64,000 nucleotides of DNA from the human T2T-CHM13v2.0 reference genome, Homo sapiens, in NCBI RefSeq assembly GCF_009914755.1, contig NC_060943.1; one strand, given 5' to 3'. The notes beneath the pieces are model-generated. The model searched no databases. It saw only the letters and a list, made by a program, of their open reading frames with translations, and had not been told where the DNA came from. Every line of letters starts with the position of its first letter. Position 1 is the first letter of the stretch. Of this stretch, positions 13,191 to 25,836 are shown piece after piece. A program made the translations under genes and the position numbers.

Positions 13191-16100
13191 GTTGACACTA
13201 TTACAGATAGAATGACCACAACCATATTAACAAACCAAAAACCTGTGCACAGAAACAAGATGAAGAAAATATATCAAGATGTTAACCACACTCTTTGGAT
13301 GGTGAAAACATGGGTGAGTTTCTCTTCTACATTTCTGTAACTTCAAAGTTTCTATAATGAACACATTTCATATATAATGGAAATATATGTAGTAAAGGTG
13401 GACTACCAAAACACTAGAATGATGACCTTTCAAGGAAACCGAAACAAAATAACCATAATCCCACAACAACCACACAACTATTTCTTGTTTTTCATCTTTC
13501 TTCCCATCTTTGACATTTATGCATACTTATCACTAACACCCTAATAATCACAGACTAGTGCACAGATCAAGATGTTAACAGTTAATTGTTGTTGGGTGTT
13601 GGGAATATGTGTGAATTTTCTTTACTGAATTTCCAAAGTTTTGTATGAGTATGTATTATATTTGTAATGGAAAATACATACATAAAATTTATTACCAAAA
13701 CACCAAAGATTATTTAAGGAATTTGAGACAAAATATTTAACCAAATTCCCACAATGACAACACTATTTTAGTTATTTTCCACATCTTTTCATTTAAGACT
13801 TTATGCACACATATTTAACACTGTTATCACAAGCGTGTGCACTGAAACAAGATAGAGGAAACAGATCAAGATGTTAGCAGTAGTTGTTAGGTGTTGGGAA
13901 TATAGGTAATTTTTTAAAATAATTTACTTTATTTTCTAATTTTTCCTCTGGGTATGTATTATGCACACCAATGGAGACACACATAATACACTGTTATCAG
14001 GACATTATTATAGGGAACATTTGAAAAAATTAAAGTGAAAGTATTTAACCATAATTCCACAAAGGTAATGTAACAGCTATTTTGAATATACATTTTGACA
14101 CAGTTATAATCATAAACCTGTGCACAGAAACAAGAATGAACAAGATAAGAGGAGAGTATATGTCTTTGGATGGTGGGGATATGATTTTTTTTCCTCCACT
14201 TTTCTGTATTTTCCAAGTGTGTGATAATGAGTTCAAATTATGTTCACAATGAAAATGTGATCATAAACTTTTTAGTAACACTACCATAAAGAACATTCAA
14301 GAAATTTAAGAAAATAATGCTCAACTATAAGCCTACAACAACAACACCACAACAGCTTTTGACTATAAGCATATATATTTTTAAACAGTTATAATGAACT
14401 GTTTAAATGAACTGTTAAATGAACAGCATATAAATGAACTGTTGAGTTATAACTGTAGTATAAATATACTTTCGTGTCCTGCTTTCTCCACTTAATGTTC
14501 TGTAAATATATTTCCACGTTGCTACATAACTCGTGATTATCATTTTTAAACAGTTGCATTAAGTGTCCACAGATAGGTTTAAACAATCATTCTCTTGTTT
14601 ACCATTTGTTACTACCTTTTCACTAGCTGAAGGTTGGAACGGACACCCTGACTTACAGCAAGTTGCTTTCTGAAAAGGGGCTACCACTGCCAACAATGTT
14701 AACACCAAGTAATGTACCCACAAAGTTCACCCTGACATCAACACTGATTCTCGTTTCAAGAGTCCTTTTCCCATGTAGTAAACCTCACTGCCCCTCAGCT
14801 TTCCCGATGTCCGTTCCAACCTCAGTCCTTCCTATGCAGCCAGCCCTCACCTACACCATACCATCAAAAACTCCTTTTCCAAACTGCTCAGGACACCCCG
14901 CTCAATTCATTCTCAGAAACCTGGCCTTCTACAGTTCTTGCCTCTGGTGTTTTCTTCTGTCTGTCTCCTCTCCCCTCCTAGATCTGGTGATGTATTAGGA
15001 CTCCCTTCTTTGACTCACTCATTTCTGCTTCTTGCTCTCAGCTCTACAATCTTCCTAAACTTTGACACTCCCTCCATCTTTGACATACTTCCAAGCCCTA
15101 ATCCTGCAGATCCAGAAGAGTAAGATTCAGACACATTTCCCCCAGTGGGTACTTTAATTTTGCTTGTTCAAATGATCTACACTTACATTTTGCAAATCTT
15201 TTTTTTTAAATTTTTTAAATTTTATATTTTTTTTCCAGCCAACTCAAGGCCAAAAAAAATTTCTTAATATAGTTATTATGCGAGGGGAGGGGAAGCAAAG
15301 GAGCACAGGTAGTCCACAGAATAAGACACAAGAAACCTCAAGCTGTGAGGTCAATTTGTAATTAAAAGAATACTAAGATTAGATGAACACAACACTCAGA
15401 AATACTCTAGGAGAGCTGAAAAAGAAGGAACAGATGTTAACAAAACAAATTAAGGCTGCTGGGGAACCTGAGTCCATGTTAAGCTTGGGTTGACTGTAAA
15501 GAATTTTTTTTTTTTTAATGCAAGTTAGACATGGAGTTAGAGGGTCAGATAAATAACGAAGAGAATTAAGTTAGCGATAGAAAGATCTAAGGATACTAGC
15601 TCCTGGGCACCTAGGGTGCAAACTGACTTGTGGCAGCATAAGCTGATGCTGCACAGGGGACCCAAGCCATGTTGCTACTTGTCACTTAAGGCAGGAAGCG
15701 CACAAAGGAAGTGATGAAAGGTTATTAGCCTGCAACATTATTTACAGCATGAGAGCCTCTCCTACGGTTCTCAACCTTCATTAGGCACTACTGTGATCTA
15801 GTGATGGTTGTAACCCATTCTTTAAAGGCAAAGATGTAAGATTTACAGGGAAAAGCTTCGGGTTTTATCAATTCACTATCATCAAACACATATTGAGTTG
15901 GTTAAAAAAAAAAAAAAACCCAGAACACAAATGTGTAATATTTTTGCATGAGAACCACTTCAACAAACATAACATGTGGCAACCAATCAATCTGGGTCAC
16001 AAAAAGCCAATCCGTATATTGTAAAGCCTTACACAGTATTAGGTTCCAAAGTGTTGGTGCAGATGAAATGGCTGCAGAAAGAAGCTAAAGTACTTATCTT

Positions 16101-16759
16101 TTCAAACAGTAAGGAGTAAAAGCCATGTTATCTATCATGCCTACAGCTTCACAAGACTATTTAAGGGTAAGAAACAAAACAATTACTCAAAAAGATATTG
16201 ACAGGGTTCAAATAATGCACAATAAATCTTTCTCAGGATCTAAGACACTTAAAAATATAATCAAATTTGTTGCTCTCTTCCTCCTCCAAAAAAAAAAAAA
16301 TTCAAAGAATACCAGGTAAGGTACCTCTGCAGAGTAAACTGTAACTGTATATCATATAAATCCAAATATATGTGATCACTGTTCTGTCATAATTTGCTAT
16401 TTTATATACACCTCATGAAACACTATATATACGTTACACAAGTGTCATTTACAGTTGATTTGGGCAAACTCTGTAGTCTGGAATACTCATAGGGTTTTCT
16501 CAATCTGATTACTTGGAAAGGTAAGATGTGTGCTATGGCTTTCCCACATGCAGACACTGACATCTGAAGGGGAAAGCTTAAGACTGTGGAATCTGCACAT
16601 TCGGTCTCTTTTCAATCTGAGTTTAGAGATGTTAAGTCAGGTGTGTAACACACTAAGGTTAAGTCTCCTACTGACATTATCATGGATTGGTTTGGATTCT
16701 CTGTGGTTTGGTAAGGGTCAAGTCCTAGGTGAAGGTTTTCTAACCTTTACCCCATGCCC
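13150..16759 (-). other. PEG3: PEG3 long 3'UTR (~3.6 kb)
   Basis: Runs from the stop codon to a triple AATAAA cluster; the exact cleavage site is approximate. Confidence 0.8.
13195..14365. repeat. Four diverged tandem copies of a ~280-310-bp unit in the PEG3 3'UTR
   Basis: GTGCAC anchors at 13245, 13558, 13837 and 14120, followed by shared gaaacaaga / atcaagatgtta motifs. Confidence 0.8.
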
Positions 16760-16860
16760 TCAGCCAGTGTGGGTATTCTGGTGTCTGGCGAGGGACAGGC
16801 GGTCATTGAAGAGCTGCCCACAGACGTCACATTTGAAGTACTTCTCATCAGCTTGATTGG
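15550..16860 (+). ncRNA. PEG3-AS1: Probable location of antisense RNA PEG3-AS1 (APEG3); boundaries approximate
   Basis: Recalled knowledge that an antisense RNA overlaps the proximal PEG3 3'UTR; not demonstrable from the sequence. Confidence 0.35.
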
Positions 16861-19800
16861 CACCACCTGTGCTGGTGCTGGCACGTTCGATGTAGCCTGA
16901 GCACTCCCCAAAGGCATTTGCAGGCTCAAATATGATCATGCTGGCATGAGTTTTCAGGTGTTCACTGAATGCTGTGCTGGAAGTGAAGGTTTCTGTGCAT
17001 TCATGGCAGTCATAGTATGGTTCTTCTACCTGAATCTCTTGATCTTCACCTTCTTCTGGGTCTTCAATTCCCACACCGTCAGGCTCGTCGGCATCTCCCT
17101 CTGGCTCTTCAGCTTTTCCCTCTGGCTCTTCAGCTCTTTCTTCTGGGTCTTCAATACCTGCACCATCTGGCTCATCAGCATCCCCATTTGGCTGCTCGGC
17201 CTCTCCATTTGGCTGTCCAGCCTCTCCAATGGGCTCTGCAGCCTCTCCATCTGGCCCTTCAGCCTCTCCGTTTGGCTCAGCAGCCTCCACTTCTGGCTCA
17301 GCAGCCTCCACTTCTGGCTCGGCAGCCTCCACTTCTGGCTCAGCAGCCTCTACGTTTAAGCCCTGAATCCTCAGAACTACTTGTGGAACATGGACATTGG
17401 CTTCAACTTCCTGGGCTGCTGCTGCTGCAGCTGCTGCTGCTTCATCTTCTTCTTCTTCTTCCAGATGAAGCTCCTTATGTTTAGTGAGGACTGTGCTATG
17501 AATAAAGGACTTACCACAATCCTTGCATTCATAGAATGGTATAGCTCCTTTGAGGGGCTCAGTAAGAAATGAGGTGTGAGTATAGGAGGACCCGTACTCA
17601 TAGGGCTCATTCTTATGAACAGTTACGTGATCTGCAAGTTCTGCTGGGTTGACGAAAGATTCTCCACAGACTGCACATTCAAAGAGTCTCTCTTCGGTCT
17701 GACTTCTCTGAAACTCAGTGAGGGCTAAGCCTGGAATGATAGCTTCCTCAGCCATCTGGCTCTGCTCCAGTAAATCATCTTCCCTATGAAGTCTCATATG
17801 CTCATTAAGGGCAGAGCTATGAATGAAGCCTTGTCCACACAAAAGGCATCGAATGGCCGACCCAGCAAGAGCAGGATTCCTCTCTGCAGCACGATTCCTC
17901 CGTGGCTTCATGGGCAAGAGGGCAATAAAACCATCATCACACCCCTTCATGGAATACAACTGGTCTTGTTCATGGATTCTCTGATGCTCGAAAAGGAATG
18001 AGCTATGAATAAAAGATTCCCCACACTTTGGACATTCATACAGCTGCTCTCCAGTGTAATCTCTCTGATACTCGCTGATGGAATGGGTGTGAATTACAGA
18101 ATGTGTGTACTCCCGACTGTCAACCAGGCACTTCCTGCTGTGGACTTTCTGATGGTCTGTGAGGTCTGTGAGATCCACAAAGCCCAGGCCACAGTCCTCA
18201 CATTCATAGATTTTGTCATCAGGGTCATCCTTCTGAGGGTCTTCCATGTCTGAGCCTTGAATGACAGGGTCTTCAATTGTCTCCTGACCATGGGTCTCCT
18301 CGCTGTGGGTCTCCTCCCCATCAGTATTCTCGCCTTGAGACTCCTCGCCATGAGACTTCTCTTGGTCATAGATTTTCTGGTTTGTGTTGAGGTCTTCGCT
18401 GGTAGCAAAAAATTGTCTGAAGTCCTTACATTTGTTCCGCGCTTGCTCTTTAGCATACTGCTCTTGGGCGTAACTTGTTTGAGGGTCAGTAGGGGCCAAG
18501 CTGCGAATGACAGACCATTCATAGTTTCTGCTTCCAGAGGGCTTCTCCCTATCATGAATCTTCTGGTGCTCAGTGAGGTCAGAGCTATGAGCAAAGCACT
18601 CCCCACACTCCTGACATTCATAGAGCATCCCTCGAGGGCGAAATGTTTGTTCACCAAAAGGCAGAGAGTGAATTACAGAGGTCTCATTGCTCCTATGCTC
18701 AATGTATTTCTTTTTAGCACGAGCCTTCTGGTATTCACGGACATTTGAGCTGGGAACAGAGAATTCGCCATCCTTCTTAAACTCACCAGATCCCTCTCCA
18801 GGAACACTTTTCTGAGGTTTGGCACGGAATACACTCTGTATGACAGAGTCTTCATAGTTGCGATTCTTACTGCCCCCTTCACAAGGGTTCTCTCTGGCAG
18901 GAATCTTCTGTCGCTTATCATTAAGGTCTGAGATATAAATGGAGGATTCTCCCTTCTCATTAGATTCCACCAATTCATTTCCATTGTGACTTCTTGGAGG
19001 TTTGGAAGCCACTAAGCTATGGATAACAGACCTACTGTATTCCCTTCCTTCAGAGGTGTTCCCTCCAGCACGAACTCTCTGATGGTTGATAGCATCGAAG
19101 CTCTGAATGGTAGACTCTGCCATTACTTTTGGTTTACTGGGCCCTGCTACACTGTGACTTTTCTGAGCTTCCACAGAGGCTAAGCTATGAATAACAGACC
19201 TCTCATATGATTTTGCCTCATAGACATTTTCCTTAGTGGGAATCTTCTGGTTTTCATAGGGGTTAGAGCTAATGGTGAACGCCTTTTCGTCCTCATCACT
19301 TTCAAGAGGTCTTGTTATAGTATGACTCTTCTGAGATTCAGTGAATGGCCCACTATGAATGACAGATTTCTCATACCCTCTGCCTTCAAAGAGGTTCTTT
19401 CGAGAATGAATTTTCTGATGCTCACTGAGCTCTGAGCTTTGCATGAAGGCATCCCGGCCATCTGTAAAGTCACAGAGCTTCTCCTTATTGTAAGTTTTCT
19501 GACGCCTTTTAAGGGACTGACCAGGAATAAAGGTTTCCTCACACACTTTACCCTTGTTTTCAAATGGGTTCCCTCTAGTATGGATTTTCTGATGTTCTTT
19601 CAGGGATGAGCTATGAAGGAAAGTCTCCCCACACACCTTACATTCGTACATTTTCTCTTTACCATACATTTTCTGAAACTCATTAAGGGCTGGGCTGGGC
19701 CTAAAGGTTTCCCCGCGCTCACGTTCACGTTCACGTTCATGTTCACGCTCATTATCTTTGTCATCCCCAAAGTGGATTTTCTGGTGCTCAATCAGGGCAG

Positions 19801-20664
19801 AACTATGAAGGAAGGTTTCCTTACACACCCTGCACTCGTAGAATTTGTCTTTGCCATATATTTTCTGAAGCTCACTAAAGGTGGGGCTAGGCATGAAGGC
19901 TTCCTCACATTCCTGATTCTTACATTCCACAAGATAACCTCTAGCATGAATCTTCCGATGTTCAGCCAAGGCGGCACTCTTATTGAAGGTCTCTCCACAG
20001 TCCTTACATTCAAAACGTTTCCCTCCAACCTGACTTTTCTGAACTTCACTGACAGCCACACTGTGGATAAAGGACTCACCATACTCATAGAGGTTCTCTC
20101 TAGTATGCATGATCTGGTGCTCAACAAATTCTGAGATGACACTGAACGACCTCCCACACTCATCACATACATATGGCATTGCCCCAAAATCAATTGGCTG
20201 TGACTCGGTAAAGGAGGGGGAGCTGAGGCTGCTCAGGCTGCTCACGCTCATGGCTTTTCTCATCTCACTACCACATTCAAAGGGCTTCTTCCTGGGACAG
20301 CCTTTTTGATCGTGAATCGAGCCCTTCCCATCTGTGTCAAAATGATAGCGCCTCTTTCTTTCAAGAACTCTCTTTCTGGAAACAAGGGTTGAATTAAACC
20401 TAAAGCCTCCCCTAAATGCATTCCCTTCATAAACCCGCTGCTGGATCACTGACTCCCTCTTGTTCAATGAAATGTCCTTCCAGTTATCATCTGACATTCT
20501 GGGGAATCTCTGTGACCGGTCGCTTGACTCCCTTGCTCTTCCCGATTTGGAACTGCGTGACACATCCTTGATGAATTTTTCCATTATCACTCCGTGGGAA
20601 GATTCATCTTCACAAATCCCCCGCCGGTGGGTTGATTTTTTGGCTTCAGGCATAGTTTTTAGAC
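16760..20664 (-). CDS. PEG3: PEG3 last coding exon: 12 spaced C2H2 zinc fingers plus acidic Glu/Pro/Gly repeat region
   Basis: 1297-aa ORF 16760-20653 with 12 CxxC-x12-HxxxH motifs. Acceptor ttggggtttctttccag|GT places the exon start at 20664 (phase 1, giving GLKTMPEAKK). Protein recognised as PEG3. Confidence 0.98.
17045..17355 (-). repeat. Coding 21-bp repeats (EAAEPEV x3 and E-P-x-G heptads)
   Basis: cagcctccacttctggct repeats; GDADEPDGxGIEDPEE occurs twice in the translation. Confidence 0.9.
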
Positions 20665-20830
20665 CTGGAAAGAAACCCCAAATGTAAATACTCCCTAGTC
20701 CCCATAAGAAGGACAGTGGGACTTGGAGGGGTGCACCCTTCTGTGATGTTTAGGAATGCAAAGTGTAGAAGTTCCTTGATAGCATCTCACTGGTTGTGTG
20801 GCTCCTCTGTGGGATGTGCCTCCTGCTTAC

Positions 20831-20923
20831 CTCGACTGGTGCTTGGGTAGGCACTTCTCTTGGATCTTGATGAGTGGCCCTGCGTCATGTGGGAGTGGCC
20901 ATCGTCTTCAGCAAGCTGCACTC
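20831..20923 (-). CDS. PEG3: PEG3/ZIM2 shared coding exon (GVQLAEDDGHSHMTQGHSSRSKRSAYPSTSR)
   Basis: Acceptor gaccag|GAG (alternative AG 3 nt inside), donor G|gtaagc. 93 nt, phase 1-1, in frame with neighbouring exons. Confidence 0.93.
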
Positions 20924-21684
20924 CTGGTCACAAGGACAATATGATGCCTCAAATTCAAGTTGAGGACCAAGACTCATCACCATAAATTGATCTTCATCTT
21001 TCACTGAGCCACTAAATATGAGGTGGCCCACATCTGATTCCTTGGATGTCAGAAGACATTTGCTGTCTCATTTCCCTACTATCTATTCCCTAATCCATTA
21101 TAATCTACATGTAATTCTTCTGACTCCACTCAGAAATGTGTACAAAGACCCCACATGTCCCTGAAATCAGTGCATTGTCTTTTAGTCTTCACCTTCTTGT
21201 AACCACTTTTTAAGTCCTCTTTTCCACTGGCCTTCTTCCTCTTACCTCGCGACTGCTCTTCCTCCACCCACTCCCTTGAGGCCCCATGGCCTTACAGACC
21301 TGCAGCACAGCCAACTGCCCACTACCAACTTGGGCTAGATGTCTTCCAGGAAAGTCCACATGGGAACTCAGGATCCCATCCTGAATGTCTACTTAAAAAC
21401 CTCCAGTGCTACCACTCTGGAAAAAAGTATCAACTCTTGTGGCAAGAAGCATCTCCCTGCTTGTCCCCACCCTGTACAATGTATCTTTACCCAAAGCCAG
21501 AGGCATTTCTTAAAAACACAAATTTTATCATTTACTCCCTCATTTGAAATCTTTCAAAGATTTCTTATTACCCTTGAAGTCCAAATATATTAATGTGGAC
21601 TCTAACATCCAGCTTAAAAAGGAGCAAGATGACAAAATGCTCCAATGACTGGACTGGGAGTGACTGAGAGAAGCAGCTGCTTAC

Positions 21685-21787
21685 CGAGGGAGAGCAGCTT
21701 CCTGTAGTTTTCCATGTTGTCCTGGATTGTGTTGTGAGGTTTCCTGTCCTCAGCGAGGTCCACCACATTTTGGTATGATTCAGCATC
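21685..21787 (-). CDS. PEG3: PEG3/ZIM2 coding exon (DAESYQNVV...MENYRKLLSL), degenerate KRAB-A-like
   Basis: Acceptor tttgctgttttag|GAT, donor G|gtaagc. 103 nt, phase 0-1. Confidence 0.94.
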
Positions 21788-24735
21788 CTAAAACAGCAAA
21801 CACAGACCTCTCAATGGAGTCTGTCCCCACCGATGTTCAAAGACAGAATAATGTTGGCAACATGGGAGTTACATATATGAAGTTATATAGGAAGTGCTCA
21901 CGGTATTGGGGTTCTGAGTGATCCAAGTCAAGTGTTACTAGGGACCTACGTCGTACCTACCTTGGTGCTACACTCTGAGGCAGATCCCAAAGACGCATGA
22001 CACATATTCCTTGCCCTCATGCAGCTTATAATTTGGTTGGAGAGAAAAGACTCATGAAACAATTAGAGAACAATAAACAATAAATCGGGGTACAGATAGT
22101 AAGTGCTAAACGGGTTTTGTAGAGGGACAGTTCAGGGTGGGCCTGAACAGTGTGCAAAGGTTTGTGGAGGGCAGGTGGGGCCTTAAGTGGTAAGTGAGAT
22201 TATGACACATATAGAAAGGGATTGGTGGGAAAACTTAGACTAAATATCAAACAGGCACGGAGTACTCAGGGAACAGAAAGAAGACACACACATTCAGGAA
22301 GACATCTGGTCAGGATGTGACTTAAACCTCCCTCCCGGTTTCTCCATGGCATAGCATGGCTACATTGAGGGAGTCTCCAGTTTGCACAATTTCCAAATCA
22401 CCCAGGAATAACTGTAAGCCCTGAGGGCATTTTTATAATTGCCTTTTCTGTCTTAATGGATATTTACCTAAAAAGGAATTTTAAATTTCCTCACATTACT
22501 GAGGAGAACCTTCTACCAGGATTCTAAAGGACCTTTGCTTATTGCCAGAGGGCTGACTAGAACTGGTTTCAGGGAGTCATGGTCCCAGGAAGAATGGCAC
22601 TGAGGCTGGAGAGAGACTTGAGGAGGGAGATGGTGCTGTGGGAAGCCCACAGGCTTTGGAGCTGGACAGAGATCTGGGTCAAAGAAGGATTGCACCAATT
22701 ATGAGCTATGCAGCCTTGGGAACGGAAATCTTTTTGAACCTTTCTTTCAGGTTCTTCACCTGTAAAATGGGGAGAAGAGTATCTATCTGCTTTGCAATAC
22801 TGTGGGTGAGGATTTTCTGCAGTGTGATGTCTTGCTTAAATATTAAGAAAATTATGTAAAGGAAATACAAATGTCTTGATATTAAATCTACCATAGTTCT
22901 ATTGCTGGGAAGAGGCATGGAGCAACATGAAAAATGTAGCAAAAAAAAGAGGACTTGCTGAGTAAGCAAAGACAAAGAGGTACGGGTATCTGGGTTTAAG
23001 AGGGAAGCCTTATCCATGAACTGCCTGTGTCCTGCCACAAAAAAGCAGAAACAACAACAAAAACTAAGTAGGGCAAGGAAACACAGCAGAGCTTCACAGA
23101 TAAAATTCTTTTTTCACATGAAAGAAAAAGCACGCTTTGATTGAAAATTAAAATCTAGGCCAGTGGGCAGCCCTAAATTGGTTGTTCGCTTTGTGTTTGT
23201 AATCAACAATGACATCTTAATGCATACAAACTGCAATCAAGTTCAATGGAAGAGATGCTGTTCTGAAAACAATGCTAGTATGGCTCAATGTAGTTTTCAC
23301 AACATGATCTATACATGTGAACAATTAAGAAATTTACACATGAAGCTAAAAGATGAGAGAATTTTCTGTTGTGTACACCTTCAAAATGTAATTTGTGTCA
23401 TTTGCTGCTGGTGTTACCACCATACTGAGTCAGTAGGAATCAGTAGCTTCCAGACTTTTAATTATGCAGACATGGGGCTCGGATGCCAATTCTTCACACA
23501 TTGTCAAGGAAGGGCATTTAAAAAGCAAAACAAGACAAAGCCCAACTACCAAGACACCAGTGGCCAGGCCCACACATGCCTCCAGCCTTCTTCCTATATC
23601 CCAGCCACCTGGCCCTTGGTTTGGTTCCTATCCCACAACTTTAGCTGAGCTCTCCCTAATGCCTGGGGTCCCCTCCCCCAACACCTGACCCGGCGTGCTC
23701 CTGGCTCTAAATGGCAACTGTTAATGCCTCCAAGACATTTCCCTTCAATCCAAATCAAGGCCCTTGTTACAATTTCTTGTTAACTCTCTATTTTTCCTTG
23801 AGGACACTGAGAATGATGAGCAGTTATATACAACATTTGTGTCAATACTTATTTGTGCAACTGTCAAAAGCTTCTCAGGGCAGGGCCCCTCTCTGTGTTG
23901 CTCACTGCTGTGCCCCCCAGGGCCTAGGCCTGCTTTCTGACATGGGATGGGTACTGATATGTGAAGGAAAGGAAGGCTCAGCCCAATGGCTTCTCCCTTC
24001 TTTGAGTCCAGTCAGTGCTGGGGTCCTCCTCCACACTCCACCATGTATAAGTGACCCCTCTCCTCCTTCCTAAAAAACAAGCTCAAGTTCCACATTTTTT
24101 TTCCCTTCATGAATCTCCCCGGCACATGCTGCCTCTTAAACCACAACTGCCATAATTGTTAACATTTAACGGTGTGCCTACCATGTGCCAGGTACTTTAT
24201 GTATGTGTGTGAGTGACTTTTCACAGCAGCCCTGGGAGCAATCACCATATTCATTTTACAGATGAGGAAACTTAAATTCAGCTTATGAGTAAATGGCCCA
24301 AGGCCACACAGCTAGCAAGTGGCAGAGCCAGGCTTTAAACCCAGCTCCTGTCAGCTCCAGAGCCTTTGTGCTCCCTGGCCAGTCTACTCTGCAGACCCAC
24401 AGCTTTCCTGGCTCCCTCCTGAGGACCAGAAACATCTCCAGAGTCACTCTGCTTCCCTGGCCCTGTAGGGAACGGCCAATGTGACCAACCTACCAAGTGA
24501 CACACATGCTGAGGGGGCAGGAGCTCCTCTGACCACATGAACGACAAAGAAACAGCCAGCAGCAACCTGGGCTACTTGTCACCTAAGGGATGGGCCCGGG
24601 CTCCTCCTGGAGCGCTGGGACTCTCACCCCAGCTGGACTCTAGGGGGCAGATAAACACACCATCTGGGGAAAGAAAGGCGTCTCTGCCATGAAATGAAGA
24701 TGGCCTTTCTAGAAAGAGAGGAAACCTGAGCATAC

Positions 24736-24839
24736 CTGAGATCGGGACTCATAAGCCCTGGAGTCCCTGTCGTCCTCTCTGTCCATTTCAAAGCTTGTTT
24801 TCGCCACCACAGGAAGGGAAAGATCCCGCGGAGGCATCC
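24736..24839 (-). CDS. PEG3: PEG3/ZIM2 coding exon (RMPPRDLSLPVVAKTSFEMDREDDRDSRAYESRSQ)
   Basis: Acceptor ttttttcttcccag|GG, donor CAG|gtatgc. 104 nt, phase 1-0. Confidence 0.94.
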
Positions 24840-25836
24840 CTGGGAAGAAAAAAGGCATCAACAAGAAGCAGGGCCCAGTCCATCCTGCAGGTCCCAGGTT
24901 TGTCCCACTCAACTATGAAGCCAGCTGGGGTGTGAGTGTATGAGAGCAAGTGCCTTTCTCTTCTCTGCATTCTGTGGCAGCCTCTGAGGAGTCCCATAAA
25001 ACCAGTGGCCCTACAACAACCCAGACCCAGGGCAGGGCCAGGGGCCCTGCCTCATCCTTCTGCTCCCAGTCTCGGAGGTGGTTCAGATTGTGCCCAAGCT
25101 GTGTGGGTCCAGGTACAGTGTCCACTAGCCTCATCCTTCGGGCACAACCTCTGGGTCTCCCCAGCTGCAATGTGTGACAGGGAGATGGCATCAGAGACCG
25201 TCCCACAGGGTCATGGCTCTGAACAATGCCTATTGTGTTGTGAACCGTCACTAAATGTCACTCACTCCTGATATCCTTCTCCTGATCAATTTTAGGGTGC
25301 CCTGCTGCCCACAGCAGTGTTCTCCAAGTCCAGGAAGAAGAGGAAATGATTTCCAGCAGTATGGACACCAACAATACACTGGTGTGATGATTGATTCCCT
25401 TCCAAATCTCAGGCCTGGTGCTCAGATGTGGCACTTCCCTAACACTGCAGGAAGTCATGGCAGACATTCCTAGTTAACAATATTGTTACAATGTGTTTTT
25501 CATTCTCGCCTTCTGCCTATGGCACTTCATACTAGTTTTCAATTTTTGCAGTGGCATAGTCTTTCATACAGAAACTTCCAGTTTTTTTTTTTTAATGCAC
25601 CAGCTTAAGAATACTGAGCAAATAGTTTAGGTGGCAACAGGTCTATGTGGTGAAACCTGTGCTGGTGGTACCGAGTGGAACTTCAAAAATACGAGCCTTG
25701 GACTAAACTTTTGGGGAAGCGGAATATACTCCAAATGGAGCAGCAGAAACTTCGAGGCCCTGGCACTTTCCCCTTGAACCTGTGCACAGCACATGCTCTA
25801 TATCTCCTACTGGGAAAGAAAGTGGTTAAGACTCAC

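Larger units (their letters stand above)
1..20830 (-). other. ZIM2: Intron of ZIM2 (shares PEG3 5' exons; its own 3' exons lie beyond the window start)
   Basis: Established organisation of this locus. No ZIM2-specific exon could be identified in the window itself. Confidence 0.6.

Noticed and set aside
14392-14456. Short (AAATGAACTGTT)-like repeats, and similar micro-duplications at ~28031, ~53092 and the (TTATAAT)n run at ~54110
   Set aside because: Ordinary slippage products with no sign of function.
15198-15520. A-tracts on the PEG3 sense strand as poly(A) ends
   Set aside because: Genomic A runs would cause oligo-dT internal priming and are not evidence of real cleavage.
16946-20309. 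Several ORFs antisense or frame-shifted to the PEG3 last exon
   Set aside because: Shadow ORFs of a biased coding sequence with no independent coding signal.
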